DNA of 64,000 bases from an uncultured cyanobacterium (GCA_963697335.1 CAVONQ010000014.1:1-64000); one strand, 5' to 3'. Shown: positions 11,769-21,948, counted from the stretch's first letter. Program-made: numbers and translations. The notes: a model not told the origin generated them from the sequence alone.

Positions 11769-11842
11769 GCTCCCTTAGCTCAGCTGGATAGAGCAGCTGC
11801 CTTCTAAGCAGCCGGTCGTTGGTTCGAATCCAACAGGGGGCG
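11769..11842 (+). tRNA. tRNA-Arg(TCT)
   Basis: Acceptor stem GCTCCCT/AGGGGGC, D-arm TAGCTCAGCTGGATAGAGC, anticodon arm GCTGC-CTTCTAA-GCAGC, T-loop GTTCGAATC. Confidence 0.97.
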
Positions 11843-12002
11843 TTATCACAGCTCGGAATGGTCGGGGCTCTGAGCTCGGGCCCCCTCACTGTTGTTCCAT
11901 CACAAATCAGTTGGTTGCGATCAGTGAAGCGAGGGTCGGCTTCAGGCCCCGGCAGTGGACGCTCCCAACTCCCCTCAGCTCCTGCCGCTTGGCCCAGCTT
12001 GA

Positions 12003-13805
12003 ATGGGTGCACTCATCAACGAACATGTCCTGGTGATGGGCTGTGCAACCGGCGTGGTGAAGGGTTTCCGGCCGGCCGGTGAAGCCGTCGATGTTGCCGT
12101 CATCATTGTTTCCTATCGCTCCGCCAACGTTCTCCCCAGGCTGATCGATTCCCTGCGGCAGGAGGCCGAGCAGATCTCCCTGCGGGTGATCGTGGCCGAT
12201 AACCGCTCAGATGATGGCAGCCTCGAGCTGGCCCGTATCCACCCCGATGTGATCGCGGTGGATACGGGCGGCAATCTCGGCTATGCCGCCGGTATCAACC
12301 GGGGCATGGCCCACGTCGGGGAGGCCCCAGCCATCCTGGTGCTGAATCCGGACGCGGTGGTGCAGCCCGGATCGATCCGCACCCTCTACGACAGCCTGGC
12401 CCCTGGCGTCGGGATCGTTGTGCCACTGCTCCGGGATCGCACGGGATCGGTGGCCCACTCCCTGCGCAATGAACCAGGGCTGCTGCGCGCCCTGGTGGAT
12501 GCCCTCTGCGGCCGCCGCTGGCGCACTCGCCCGGAGTGGCTGTCGGAATTCATTCGTGACGATCGGGCCTACCGCGTGGCCCGGCGCCTGGATTGGGCGA
12601 CAGGAGCGGCCTTGATGGTGGCGCGGCCGGCCTGGGATCTGGTGGGGCAGTGGGATGAACGGTTCTTCCTCTATTCCGAGGAAACCGACTTCTTTCATCG
12701 CGTCCGGGCGGCTGGCTTTTCCGTGTGGTTGATTCCTACGGCTGAGGTGGTGCACTACGGCTCTGGCAGTGGCAGCTCCCCTGAGCTGATTGCCCTGTTG
12801 CTGCACAACTGCATTCGCTACGTCCGCAAGCACCGCCCCCGCAGCGCAGGGGTGTATCAGCTGCTGGTACGGCTTCGGGAGGAGTTGCGCCGCGGCGACC
12901 GCAGCCACGATCTGGCTCGCCAGGTGCTGCAGGGCCATGGGACAGCGCAGATTCTGCCCGCCGCCTCCTACGCGCCCGTGCCGGCGGAGCTGTTTCCAGA
13001 GGCCTCGATCATCATTCCGGCCCACAATGAGGCTGCGGTGATCGACCGCACCCTGGCCCAGCTCGACCCCCTGGTGGCGGCGGGCACTGCGGAGGTGATT
13101 GTGGTGGCCAACGGCTGCAGCGACGACACCGCCGAGCGGGCCCGCCGCCATGCCGGCGTGCAGGTGCTGGAACTGGCTGAGGGCTCGAAAGCCGCCGCCC
13201 TCAATGCCGGCAACGCCCAGGCCAGCCGCTGGCCGCGCCTCTACCTGGACGCCGACATTGAGGCCCCCCCGCAGGCCCTGGCCCAGGCCGTGCGGGCCCT
13301 CGCAGGGGATGGTGTTCACGCCGCCCGTCCCGCCTTCCGCTGGAACCTGGACGGGGCAGGCCCCGTGGTGCGTGCTTACTACCGGGCCCGGGGGCGGATG
13401 CCCTCGATGTCGGCTGCCCTATGGGGGGCGGGGGTGTTTGGGCTGAGTGAGGCGGGCCATCGCATCCTCGGGGAGTTTCCCCGGCTGCTGGGGGACGATC
13501 TCCTGGTGGAGCGCACCTTTCCCCCTGGCCGCAAGTACGTCGCTTCCGGGCCAGCGGTGGTGGTCAGGATGCCGCTGACCGTGCATGACCTGGTCGGTGT
13601 GCTGGCCAGGTCGCGGCGGGGCGGGGCGGAACAGGCCATGGACACGGGCCGCTCCAGCCTGCGGGAGTTGCTCAACACCATCACCGACCTGCAAAGTGCG
13701 CTGGACGCCATCTGCTTTGTGGGGTTCGCGTTGGCGGCGCGACGACGGGCCCGGCGTGCGACGCGAAGCTGGGACCGCGATCGCTCCACCCGAGGAGAAT
13801 CGTGA
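12003..13805 (+). CDS. Tandem (two-domain) family 2 glycosyltransferase
   Basis: First GT-A domain (VIIVSYRS, ADNRSDD, NPD, FFLYSEETD); second GT-A domain (IIIPAHNEAAVI, VANGCSDDT, YLDADI); start uncertain. Confidence 0.85.
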   Translation: MGALINEHVLVMGCATGVVKGFRPAGEAVDVAVIIVSYRSANVLPRLIDSLRQEAEQISLRVIVADNRSDDGSLELARIHPDVIAVDTGGNLGYAAGINRGMAHVGEAPAILVLNPDAVVQPGSIRTLYDSLAPGVGIVVPLLRDRTGSVAHSLRNEPGLLRALVDALCGRRWRTRPEWLSEFIRDDRAYRVARRLDWATGAALMVARPAWDLVGQWDERFFLYSEETDFFHRVRAAGFSVWLIPTAEVVHYGSGSGSSPELIALLLHNCIRYVRKHRPRSAGVYQLLVRLREELRRGDRSHDLARQVLQGHGTAQILPAASYAPVPAELFPEASIIIPAHNEAAVIDRTLAQLDPLVAAGTAEVIVVANGCSDDTAERARRHAGVQVLELAEGSKAAALNAGNAQASRWPRLYLDADIEAPPQALAQAVRALAGDGVHAARPAFRWNLDGAGPVVRAYYRARGRMPSMSAALWGAGVFGLSEAGHRILGEFPRLLGDDLLVERTFPPGRKYVASGPAVVVRMPLTVHDLVGVLARSRRGGAEQAMDTGRSSLRELLNTITDLQSALDAICFVGFALAARRRARRATRSWDRDRSTRGES

Positions 13806-14650
13806 GCATTGACCACGTGCTGCTGACACGCTTCAACCTTCCCTCCGCCGGTCCGGAGAGCTTCATTCGCGCCAGCGAGGGCTGGCTCCAGCGTCGGGTG
13901 GATCTGTTCGAGGCTTACACCATCCCATCCGTTGCCGCACAGACGGTCAGAGATGTCCACTGGATTGTGTACTTCGATCCTGAAAGTCCGCCCTGGCTGC
14001 TCGATCGTCTCGCACCCCACATTGCGGCGGGCGCCTTCAAGCCCATCTTCCGGGAGGAGGCCAGCTGGCGCGAGGTGGGAATCGACGTGCCCCAGCTCTG
14101 TGGCGCCCGGGGCCAGCTGCTGATCACCACCAACCTCGACAACGACGACGCCCTGGCGGCGGACTTCGTGGAGAGGATCCAGCGCCTGGCCAGACCGGGC
14201 GAAACCCTGGCCCTGTTCCTGGAGCGAGGCCTGATCCTCAGGGGCGAACGCAGCTATCTCCGCCGCGACCGCGACAACGCCTTTTGCAGCGTGGCCGAGC
14301 CCTGGAGCGCGGAGCCGGCGACGGCCTGGCGCGACTGGCACATCATGCTCCGCCGCCACATGCCAGCGATCGCTGCCGGTGGTGCCCCGGCCTGGCTTCA
14401 GGTGGTGCACGGGGAGAATGTGAGCAACCGGGTGCGCGGTCGACTGGGCGACCCACGCCGCCACCGGCGCCTCTTCCCGGGCCTGATCGACGGGCTGCCC
14501 ACACCCCCGCTGGGGGCCATCGCCGTCGATGGACTGGTCGCCTCTCCCCTGCGCAGCGCCCGGGACGGCCTGCGCACCATCGCCAAACAGCTGCTGCTCC
14601 TACTTGGTGGCAAGGGGTCCCTCGATCGCGTCAAGCTCCTGATGCGCTGA
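13802..14650 (+). CDS. Putative glycosyltransferase (rhamnosyl-transferase-like)
   Basis: HVLLTRFN, TIPSVAAQT, TNLDNDDAL, WLQVVHGENVSN; 4-nt overlap with the upstream GT. Confidence 0.75.
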   Translation: MSIDHVLLTRFNLPSAGPESFIRASEGWLQRRVDLFEAYTIPSVAAQTVRDVHWIVYFDPESPPWLLDRLAPHIAAGAFKPIFREEASWREVGIDVPQLCGARGQLLITTNLDNDDALAADFVERIQRLARPGETLALFLERGLILRGERSYLRRDRDNAFCSVAEPWSAEPATAWRDWHIMLRRHMPAIAAGGAPAWLQVVHGENVSNRVRGRLGDPRRHRRLFPGLIDGLPTPPLGAIAVDGLVASPLRSARDGLRTIAKQLLLLLGGKGSLDRVKLLMR

Positions 14651-14677
14651 TGGGCCCACCGAAGCGCTGGCCACTGC

Positions 14678-15886
14678 TCACCACTGGGGATGGCAGATGG
14701 CCCGCTCGGCAATGCGGCGGCCGATCTCCAGGCAGGCGGTAGCGGCAGGGGAGGGGGCGTTGAGCACATGGATGGCCTGGGTACCAGCTTCGATCAGGAA
14801 GTCGTCCACGAGAGCCCCCTGGCGATCCACCGCCTGGGCCCGGATCCCGCAGCCCCCAGGCATCACGTCTTCATCCCGCAGGGCTGGAACCAGCTCCTGG
14901 AGCGATTGGACGAACCGCGCTTTGCTCCAGGAGCGTCGTTGCTCGCCGAGGGCGACGCGCCAGTTCCGTGCCGCCATCGGCCAGAAGCCTGGCCAGCTCA
15001 GCATCTCCCAGCTGTCCCGGGCAGAGAAGGCGACTCTGCTGTAGCCGTGGCGCGCCCAGGCCAGCACGGCATTCGGACCCGCCTCCACCCGTCCATCGAT
15101 GCGGGGCGTGAAGTGCACCCCCAGAAACGGCAGGTTGGGGTCTGGAACGGGATAGATGGGATGCCGCACCAGGACGGCCTGCTCCGGCCTGAGCACGTAG
15201 TACTCGCCCCGGAAGGGAACGATGCGACTCGACGGCCTCAGCCCGCAGAGCTGGGCGATCCGGTCGCATTGCAGCCCAGCGCAGTTGATCAGAAAGCGGC
15301 AGCGATAGCGCGTTGCTGGCGTCTTGACGACCAGGGCGCCTGCCTCCTGATGCACGGCGGTCACAGGCTGACCGGTCACCACCTCCATGGAATGGCTGGT
15401 GAGGACCCGTCGCATCATCTGCAGCACCTCCCGGTAATCGACGATGCCCGTCTGGGGGACCCACAGCGCCGCCAGCGCGGCCACCTCGGGCTCCACCTCC
15501 CGCAGCTCCTCCCCGCTGAGACGCCTGAGGCCCTCGAGGCCGTTGGCTGTGCCGCGCTCCTGCAGCTGCTCCAGCCGCGGCATCTGTTCAGTTGTCGTCG
15601 CCACCACGAACTTGCCGGTGCGGCGGAAGGGAATCCCCTGTTGTTCGCAAAATGTATAAAGCGCCTCGCGGCCGGCCCGGCAGGTTTCAGCCTTCTGTGA
15701 ACCGGGCCTGTAATAGAGGCCGGAGTGGATCACGCCACTGTTGTGGCCCGTCTGATGGGCGCCGAGTTCGCGTTCGGCTTCGATCACCAGCACGTCGGTG
15801 CCCCGCTCCACCAAGGCCAGAGCCGTGGCCAGCCCCACCACCCCAGCACCAACGATCAGAACGGGGTCTCGATTCATGACTGCCAT
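14678..15886 (-). CDS. lhgO: L-2-hydroxyglutarate oxidase family FAD oxidoreductase
   Basis: GAGVVG, HQTGHNSGVIHSGLYY, PFRGEYY, YPVPDPNLPFLGVHFT, NAPSPAATA. Confidence 0.9.
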   Translation of the reverse strand: MAVMNRDPVLIVGAGVVGLATALALVERGTDVLVIEAERELGAHQTGHNSGVIHSGLYYRPGSQKAETCRAGREALYTFCEQQGIPFRRTGKFVVATTTEQMPRLEQLQERGTANGLEGLRRLSGEELREVEPEVAALAALWVPQTGIVDYREVLQMMRRVLTSHSMEVVTGQPVTAVHQEAGALVVKTPATRYRCRFLINCAGLQCDRIAQLCGLRPSSRIVPFRGEYYVLRPEQAVLVRHPIYPVPDPNLPFLGVHFTPRIDGRVEAGPNAVLAWARHGYSRVAFSARDSWEMLSWPGFWPMAARNWRVALGEQRRSWSKARFVQSLQELVPALRDEDVMPGGCGIRAQAVDRQGALVDDFLIEAGTQAIHVLNAPSPAATACLEIGRRIAERAICHPQW

Positions 15887-15984
15887 CGTGTCGAAAAGGT
15901 GCAGATTTTATTGATGGCTGCAATTTCTTCTCCGGCCATGAGACCTAGCCCTCAGACTTGCAACGAGGACAACAATGCCAGGTC

Positions 15985-16494
15985 ATGCCCATTGCAGAAG
16001 ATGTTCAACTGGGCACCAACGTCAAAATCCCGCAGCCAGACCTGGTCAATCTCTACGGGTGCTGCATTGGCGACGAGACAAAGATTGGCGCCTTCGTGGA
16101 GATCCAAAAAAATGTAGTCATCGGGCGACGATGCAAGGTGTCTTCGCATAGTTTTATCTGCGAAGGGGTCTTAATTGAAGACGAGGTATTTGTCGGCCAT
16201 GGCGTAATGTTCACTAACGACCGCCAGCCTCGCGCCACCAACGCCGATGGCACTCTGAAGCGTGAGGTCGACTGGGCCGTGGAGCCCACCCGCATCCGAC
16301 ACACCGCTTCGATCGGCAGCAATGCCACGATCCTCTCCGGCATCGTCATCGGCCAGGGAGCGCTGGTGGGGGCCGGGGCGGTGGTCACCAGAGATGTCCC
16401 CGACCATGCCGTGGTGGTGGGAGTGCCGGCCAGGGTCATCCCCAAAGGGCGTCGGGGTGTTTCTCAACCCTTGATCACGCAGGTGCCATGTTGA
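15985..16494 (+). CDS. Hexapeptide-repeat N-acetyltransferase (WbpD/WlbB-like)
   Basis: Left-handed beta-helix repeats, GVMFTND, VGAGAVVTRDVP, VVGVPAR. Confidence 0.88.
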   Translation: MPIAEDVQLGTNVKIPQPDLVNLYGCCIGDETKIGAFVEIQKNVVIGRRCKVSSHSFICEGVLIEDEVFVGHGVMFTNDRQPRATNADGTLKREVDWAVEPTRIRHTASIGSNATILSGIVIGQGALVGAGAVVTRDVPDHAVVVGVPARVIPKGRRGVSQPLITQVPC

Positions 16495-17516
16495 AGATCG
16501 GAGTGATTGGCTATGGCTACTGGGGTCCCAACCTGGTGCGCAATTTCGCCGAGGTGGAAGGGGCTACCCTGGCGGCCATCGCCGATCTGGATGAACGCAA
16601 ACTTGAGCTGGCGAGCCGTCGCTTCCCTGGCCTGCAAACCACTCGCCACGTGCAGGATCTGATCCAGGATCCCAACATCGATGCGATCGCCGTGGCCACG
16701 CCGGTGAGCACCCATTTCGAGCTTGGTATGGCCGTTCTGCGGGCCGGCAAGCACCTCTGGCTCGAGAAGCCGATGACGGAAACCTCGCTGCAGGCCAGGC
16801 AGTTAGTCGATGAGGCCGCCAAGCGCAACCTTGTGCTGTTCGTGGATCACACCTTCCTCTACACGGGTGCGGTGGTGAAGATGGAGGAGATTGTTCGAGC
16901 TGGAGAACTAGGTGACATTTTCTATTACGACTCCACCCGGGTCAACCTTGGCCTGTTTCAGCGAGATGTGAACGTGATCTCTGATCTGGCCGTTCATGAC
17001 TTTTCCATTCTCGACCATCTTCTCGGAGAGCATCCCTTTGCCGTGACCGCCAGTGGTGTCAATCACTTTCGGGGAACACCCGAGAACCTTGCCTTCATCT
17101 CGCTATTCTATGAATCCGGACCGATTGCCCACGTTAACGTGAGCTGGTTAGCACCGGTCAAGGTGAGGCAGGTGTTGCTGGGTGGCAGTCGCAAGATGAT
17201 TAAGTACGACGATCTCGAGCCCAGCGAAAAGCTCAGGGTGTACGACAAAGGCGTGAGCTTCACCGACGATCCGAAACAGATTCTTGAGATGAGGGTGGGT
17301 TACCGCACCGGTGATATGTGGGCCCCCAAGCTGGAAACAACGGAGGCCCTTCGGGGGGCCAGTGACCATTTCATTGACTGCATTGAAACGGGCCTCACCC
17401 CCAAATCCGATGGCCAGTTGGGCGTGAGGGTGGTGGAGTTGATTGAGGCGGCCACCAGTTCGATGCGGGGCAAGGGCGAAACCGTCCACTTAGCTCGCGC
17501 GAGGGCGTTGGTGTGA
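16488..17516 (+). CDS. Gfo/Idh/MocA family oxidoreductase
   Basis: GVIGYGYWGPNL, WLEKPM, DLAVHD. Confidence 0.9.
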   Translation: MLKIGVIGYGYWGPNLVRNFAEVEGATLAAIADLDERKLELASRRFPGLQTTRHVQDLIQDPNIDAIAVATPVSTHFELGMAVLRAGKHLWLEKPMTETSLQARQLVDEAAKRNLVLFVDHTFLYTGAVVKMEEIVRAGELGDIFYYDSTRVNLGLFQRDVNVISDLAVHDFSILDHLLGEHPFAVTASGVNHFRGTPENLAFISLFYESGPIAHVNVSWLAPVKVRQVLLGGSRKMIKYDDLEPSEKLRVYDKGVSFTDDPKQILEMRVGYRTGDMWAPKLETTEALRGASDHFIDCIETGLTPKSDGQLGVRVVELIEAATSSMRGKGETVHLARARALV

Positions 17517-18613
17517 TCCCCTTTCTTGATCTCAAAGCGCAGTACAGCCAGGTTCGCGACGAGGTGAACGCGGCGATCCAGGGTGTTCTCGATTCCTGCC
17601 AGTTCACGCTCGGCAGCGAGGTGGAAGCCTTCGAGCAGGAATTCGCCGCCTATTGCGGCGCCAGCTTCGGCATTGGGGTCAACACCGGCACCAGCGCCCT
17701 GCACCTGGCCCTGCTGGCCGCGGGGGTGGGGGCTGGTGATGAGGTGATCACCGTGCCATTCACCTTCGTGGCCACGGTAGCCGCCATTCGTTATACCGGC
17801 GCCACGCCAGTGTTTGTGGACATCGATCCCCAGACCTACACCCTGGATCCGGCCGCCCTGGAGGCCGCGATCACGCCACGCACCAAGGTGATCCTGCCGG
17901 TTCATCTCTACGGCCAGCCGGCTGATATGGGGCCGATTCTGACGCTGGCAAGGCGCCATGGGCTGGTGGTGATCGAAGATGCGGCCCAGGCCCACGGCGC
18001 TGAATACAGGGGCCAACGCGTGGGCAGCCTCGGTGATCTGGCCTGCTTCAGCTTCTACCCCGGCAAGAATCTCGGCGCCTGTGGTGAAGCCGGCATCGTG
18101 GTCACCGACAACCCCGAGTACACCCGAACGCTGCGCATGCTGCGCGACTGGGGTGCCGAACGCAAATACCACCATGTTCTGCTCGGCTTCAACTACCGCA
18201 TGGAGGGCCTTCAGGGCGCCGTGCTGCGGGTGAAGCTCCGCCACCTGGAGGCCTGGACCGAGGCCCGTCGCACGGCGGCCGCCCACTACAACCAATTGTT
18301 CGCCGGCAGCGGCGTTCTGGCGCCCGAAGCGATGGACTGGGCGCGGCATGTGTATCACATCTACGCCATTCGTTCACCCGATCGGACCCGCTGGCAGGAG
18401 GCCCTCCAGGCCAAGGGCATCCAGAGCGGCATTCACTATCCCTTCCCCATCCATCTGTTGCCGGCCCATGCTGATCTCGGCTACCAGGCTGGTGACTTCC
18501 CCCAGGCTGAGCGGGCCGCCGCTGAGGTGCTGTCGCTGCCGATGTGCCCGGAGCTCAGTGCCAGCCAGCGGCAAGAAGTGGCCGAGGCCGTGCTGGACCT
18601 GGCCGCGCCATGA
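17513..18613 (+). CDS. DegT/DnrJ/EryC1/StrS aminotransferase
   Basis: PVHLYGQ, IEDAAQAHGA, SFYPGKNLGA. Confidence 0.93.
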   Translation: MIPFLDLKAQYSQVRDEVNAAIQGVLDSCQFTLGSEVEAFEQEFAAYCGASFGIGVNTGTSALHLALLAAGVGAGDEVITVPFTFVATVAAIRYTGATPVFVDIDPQTYTLDPAALEAAITPRTKVILPVHLYGQPADMGPILTLARRHGLVVIEDAAQAHGAEYRGQRVGSLGDLACFSFYPGKNLGACGEAGIVVTDNPEYTRTLRMLRDWGAERKYHHVLLGFNYRMEGLQGAVLRVKLRHLEAWTEARRTAAAHYNQLFAGSGVLAPEAMDWARHVYHIYAIRSPDRTRWQEALQAKGIQSGIHYPFPIHLLPAHADLGYQAGDFPQAERAAAEVLSLPMCPELSASQRQEVAEAVLDLAAP

Positions 18614-19260
18614 CGCCTCGCCCCCTGCTGATCTTTCCCTGCAATGGCAACGGCATCGAAGCCCTTGCCTGTCTTGGCCATGAGTATCGCGCCATCGGCT
18701 TCATCGATGACACGCCCGCCAAGCAGGGGTGCGATAGCTTCGGACTGGAGATCTTTAGCCGCCTGGCCCTGGAGCGTTTCCCGGAGGCGATGGTCCTCGC
18801 GGTTCCAGGGGGGCCAGCGTCGTTCAGGCAGCGTCAGGCAGTAGTGGAGTCGCTCGGCATCGCGCCCTCCCGGCTGGCCCGGGTAGTGCATCCCTCGGCC
18901 CAGATCTCGCCTTGGGCCAGCCTCGGTTTCAACGTGCTGGTGATGGCAGGAGTGGTGATCACCAGCAATGCGGTGATCGGCAACCATGTGTGTCTGTTGC
19001 CCAATACGGTGGTGCACCACGACGCCGTTGTTGGCGACTGGGCCCTGATCGGCTCCAATGTCACCATCGCCGGGCACGTCAGCGTGGGGTTGAATAGCTA
19101 TGTGGGAAGCGGCACGAATGTGATGCACGACATCACCGTGGGAGCTGGAGCCCTGGTGGGGCTTGGCACCAACGTGATCCGAGATGTGCCCGCGGCAGCA
19201 ACGGCCGTTGGCAACCCTGCCCGGCTGCTTTGCAGGAGTCGTAGTTCATCACCTCTATGA
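18610..19260 (+). CDS. NeuD/PglD-like sugar acetyltransferase
   Basis: GFIDD N-terminal domain, VHPSA, VVHHD, hexapeptide repeats, VGNPAR; ATGA overlap with the upstream gene. Confidence 0.85.
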   Translation: MTPRPLLIFPCNGNGIEALACLGHEYRAIGFIDDTPAKQGCDSFGLEIFSRLALERFPEAMVLAVPGGPASFRQRQAVVESLGIAPSRLARVVHPSAQISPWASLGFNVLVMAGVVITSNAVIGNHVCLLPNTVVHHDAVVGDWALIGSNVTIAGHVSVGLNSYVGSGTNVMHDITVGAGALVGLGTNVIRDVPAAATAVGNPARLLCRSRSSSPL

Positions 19261-20231
19261 ACATCAATTCAGCTAAGATCCTGGTTACTGGTGGGTGTGG
19301 CCTGGTGGGCTCCACCACCATCGACCTGTTGCTCAAGGAGCACGATCCAGCCCAGATCGTGATTCTTGACGACCTCAGCCGGGGCACCCTGGCCAATGTG
19401 GAGCAGGCTCTGCAAGACCCTCGCGTCAGCCTGCAACGCGGCGACATCCGCGATCCCGAAACTGTGCATGCGGCGAGCGAGGGCATGGATGCCGTGATTC
19501 ACATGGCCACGCTTCGGATCACGGCCTGCGCCGCTGATCCGCGGGCTGCCCTCGGGGTGATGTGTGATGGCAGCTTCAACGTGGTGGAGGCGGCCCAGAG
19601 CTGTGGATTGAACAAGCTGGTGACGGCCTCCAGTGCCTCGATCTATGGTCTGGCGGATCACTTTCCAACCCGCGAAGACCATCACCCTTACAACAACAGA
19701 ACCTGGTACGGCGCCAGCAAGATCATGCTGGAAGGTCTGCTGCGCTCGTTCCACGACATGCATGGCCTGCCCTATGTGGCTCTGCGCTACTTCAATGTCT
19801 ATGGCCCACGCATGGACATCCACGGTAAATACACCGAGGTGCTGATCCGCTGGATGGAGCGCATTTCTGCGGGTCAGCCCCCACTGATTCTCGGCGACGG
19901 CAGCCAGACGATGGACTTTGTCTACATCGAGGATGTGGCCCGCTCCAACATCCTCGCGCTGCAGTCGTCGATCGATGATGAGGTGTTTAACGTGGCCAGC
20001 GGCACCGAAACGAGCCTCAACGAGCTGGCGGTGGCCCTGCTGCGGGTGATGGGCTCAGACCTGCAGCCGGAGTACGGGCCTGAGCGCAAGGTGAACCCCG
20101 TGTCACGCCGACTGGCGGACACCACCAAGGCGGCCGAACAGCTGGGGTTCCGCGCCACGGTTGGCCTCGACGAAGGGCTGAGGCGCCTGGTGACCTGGTG
20201 GCAGGCGTCCCGATCGGAGGCCCAACCATGA
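19257..20231 (+). CDS. NAD-dependent epimerase/dehydratase
   Basis: TGGCGLVGS, ASSASIYG, YGASK, LRYFNVYGP. Confidence 0.92.
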   Translation: MNINSAKILVTGGCGLVGSTTIDLLLKEHDPAQIVILDDLSRGTLANVEQALQDPRVSLQRGDIRDPETVHAASEGMDAVIHMATLRITACAADPRAALGVMCDGSFNVVEAAQSCGLNKLVTASSASIYGLADHFPTREDHHPYNNRTWYGASKIMLEGLLRSFHDMHGLPYVALRYFNVYGPRMDIHGKYTEVLIRWMERISAGQPPLILGDGSQTMDFVYIEDVARSNILALQSSIDDEVFNVASGTETSLNELAVALLRVMGSDLQPEYGPERKVNPVSRRLADTTKAAEQLGFRATVGLDEGLRRLVTWWQASRSEAQP

Positions 20232-21382
20232 TCCCGATCACCCAGCCCGTGATGGACCAGCGGGAGGCCGAGGCGGCCGGCCGGGTGATCCTGAGCGGCT
20301 GGGTCACCCAGGGGCCCGAGGTGGCCGCCTTTGAGCGGGAGTTCGCCGCCTACGTGGGGGCGCCCCACGCCTGTGCGGTGTCGAGCTGCACCTCGGCCTT
20401 GCACCTGGCCCTGCTGGCTGTGGGTGTGGGGCCCGGGGATGAGGTGATCACCGCCAGCCACTCGTATATCGCTACCGCCAACGCCGTGGCCTACTGCGGC
20501 GCCACGCCGGTGTTCGTGGATGTGGAGCCGCACAGCTTCAATCTCGACCCCCGCCTGCTGCAGGCCGCCGTCACGCCCCGCACCCGGGCCGTGCTGTGCG
20601 TGCACCAGATGGGTCTGCCCTGCAACCTGCCGGCAATTCTTTCGGTTGCCCGGCCCCTGGGGCTGGCCGTGGTGGAAGACGCCGCCTGCGCCATCGGCAG
20701 TGAGATCCGCTGCAACGGCGAGTGGGAGCGCATCGGCAAGCCCCATGCCGACGTGGCCTGCTTTTCCTTCCACCCCCGCAAGGTGATGAGCACCGGCGAT
20801 GGCGGGATGCTAACCACCGCCAATCCGGCCTGGGACAAGCGTTTCCGCCTGCTGCGTCAGCACGCCATGAGTGTGCCGGACACGGTGCGCCACGGGGCGG
20901 AACGGGTGATCGTCGAGGCGTATCCGGAGCTGGGATTCAACTACCGGATGACCGACATCCAGGCGGCCGTGGGCCGCGAGCAGCTCAGGCGGTTGCCGGA
21001 GATCGTGCGCCGCCGCCGGGCCCTCGCCCAGCGCTACGGCGAGCTGCTGGCCGCCATCCCCGGCCTGGGCCTGCCGCAGGAACCCGACTGGGCCCGCACC
21101 AACTGGCAGAGCTACTGCGTGCGCCTCCCGCAAGGTGTGGACCAGCGGGAGGTGATGCAGCACCTGCTGGATGCCGGCGTGGCGAGTCGTCGCGGCATCA
21201 TGTGTAGCCACAGGGAGCCCGCCTACAGCAGCTCGCCCCCCCGTTTCCCGCTGACCCATTCAGAGGCGGCCCAGGACCACTGCCTGATCCTGCCCCTCTA
21301 CATCCAGATGATGGCGGAACACCAGGAGCAGGTGGCCCGTGCGCTGGCTGAGGCCTGTGCGGTAGGGAGGATATATGCCTAG
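20228..21382 (+). CDS. DegT/DnrJ/EryC1/StrS aminotransferase (second copy)
   Basis: VEDAACAIGS, SFHPRKVMSTGDGGM, GFNYRMTD. Confidence 0.92.
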   Translation: MIPITQPVMDQREAEAAGRVILSGWVTQGPEVAAFEREFAAYVGAPHACAVSSCTSALHLALLAVGVGPGDEVITASHSYIATANAVAYCGATPVFVDVEPHSFNLDPRLLQAAVTPRTRAVLCVHQMGLPCNLPAILSVARPLGLAVVEDAACAIGSEIRCNGEWERIGKPHADVACFSFHPRKVMSTGDGGMLTTANPAWDKRFRLLRQHAMSVPDTVRHGAERVIVEAYPELGFNYRMTDIQAAVGREQLRRLPEIVRRRRALAQRYGELLAAIPGLGLPQEPDWARTNWQSYCVRLPQGVDQREVMQHLLDAGVASRRGIMCSHREPAYSSSPPRFPLTHSEAAQDHCLILPLYIQMMAEHQEQVARALAEACAVGRIYA

Positions 21383-21948
21383 CCCATCTGCAGCTCATCG
21401 AGCAGGGGATAGCTCTCAGCGATCGGATCGCCCGTGAACTGCGCCACCCAGCCCTCGGGGTTGTGGAAGAAGCGCAGGGCACAGAAGTGGGGCTCGGGCC
21501 CCATGTCGAACCAGTGGCGGGTGCCGGCGGGCAACGCGATCCAGTCGCCGGCTTCGCAAAGCACCTGGGCCACCTCCTCGCCCAGGTGCAGGCAGAAGAG
21601 GCCGCGGCCCTCCACAAAGAAACGCACTTCATCTTCGCTGTGGGTGTGTTCGGCCAGGAACTTCTGGCGCAGCGCCTGCCGATCGGGGTGGTCGGGGGCC
21701 AAGCGGATCGCATCCACGCTGGGGTAGACGCCACCCTGCTGCACCCGGGCCACCTCGGCGTCGTAGGCGGAGAGGATCTGGGCCTGGTCGGCGCCGGCGG
21801 GCAGCTGGGTCCTGGCGGGCCAGCGCTGGAAGGCGATGCCGCGCTGGGCCAGCTCCGCGCTGATCCTGGCGCCCTCGCCGCTGCGCAGGGTCAGCTCGGG
21901 CTGGGCCCCTGGAGTGGCAGGGTTCCGGTAGATGGCCAGGAGAGTCAT
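21379..21948 (-). CDS. mtnD: Acireductone dioxygenase
   Basis: FLAEHTHSEDEVRFF, HWFDMG cupin motif. Confidence 0.92.
   Translation of the reverse strand: MTLLAIYRNPATPGAQPELTLRSGEGARISAELAQRGIAFQRWPARTQLPAGADQAQILSAYDAEVARVQQGGVYPSVDAIRLAPDHPDRQALRQKFLAEHTHSEDEVRFFVEGRGLFCLHLGEEVAQVLCEAGDWIALPAGTRHWFDMGPEPHFCALRFFHNPEGWVAQFTGDPIAESYPLLDELQMG

Larger units (their letters stand above)
11843..21382. mobile_element. Putative accessory glycan-biosynthesis island next to tRNA-Arg (no integrase or att repeat seen)
   Basis: Nine non-core sugar-related genes start right after a tRNA and abut mtnD; AT-richer patches near 15.9-17.3 kb. Confidence 0.5.

Noticed and set aside
11680..12012. N-terminal extension of ORF 10822-12012
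   Set aside because: Runs antisense through tRNA-Arg; the real start is more likely 11679
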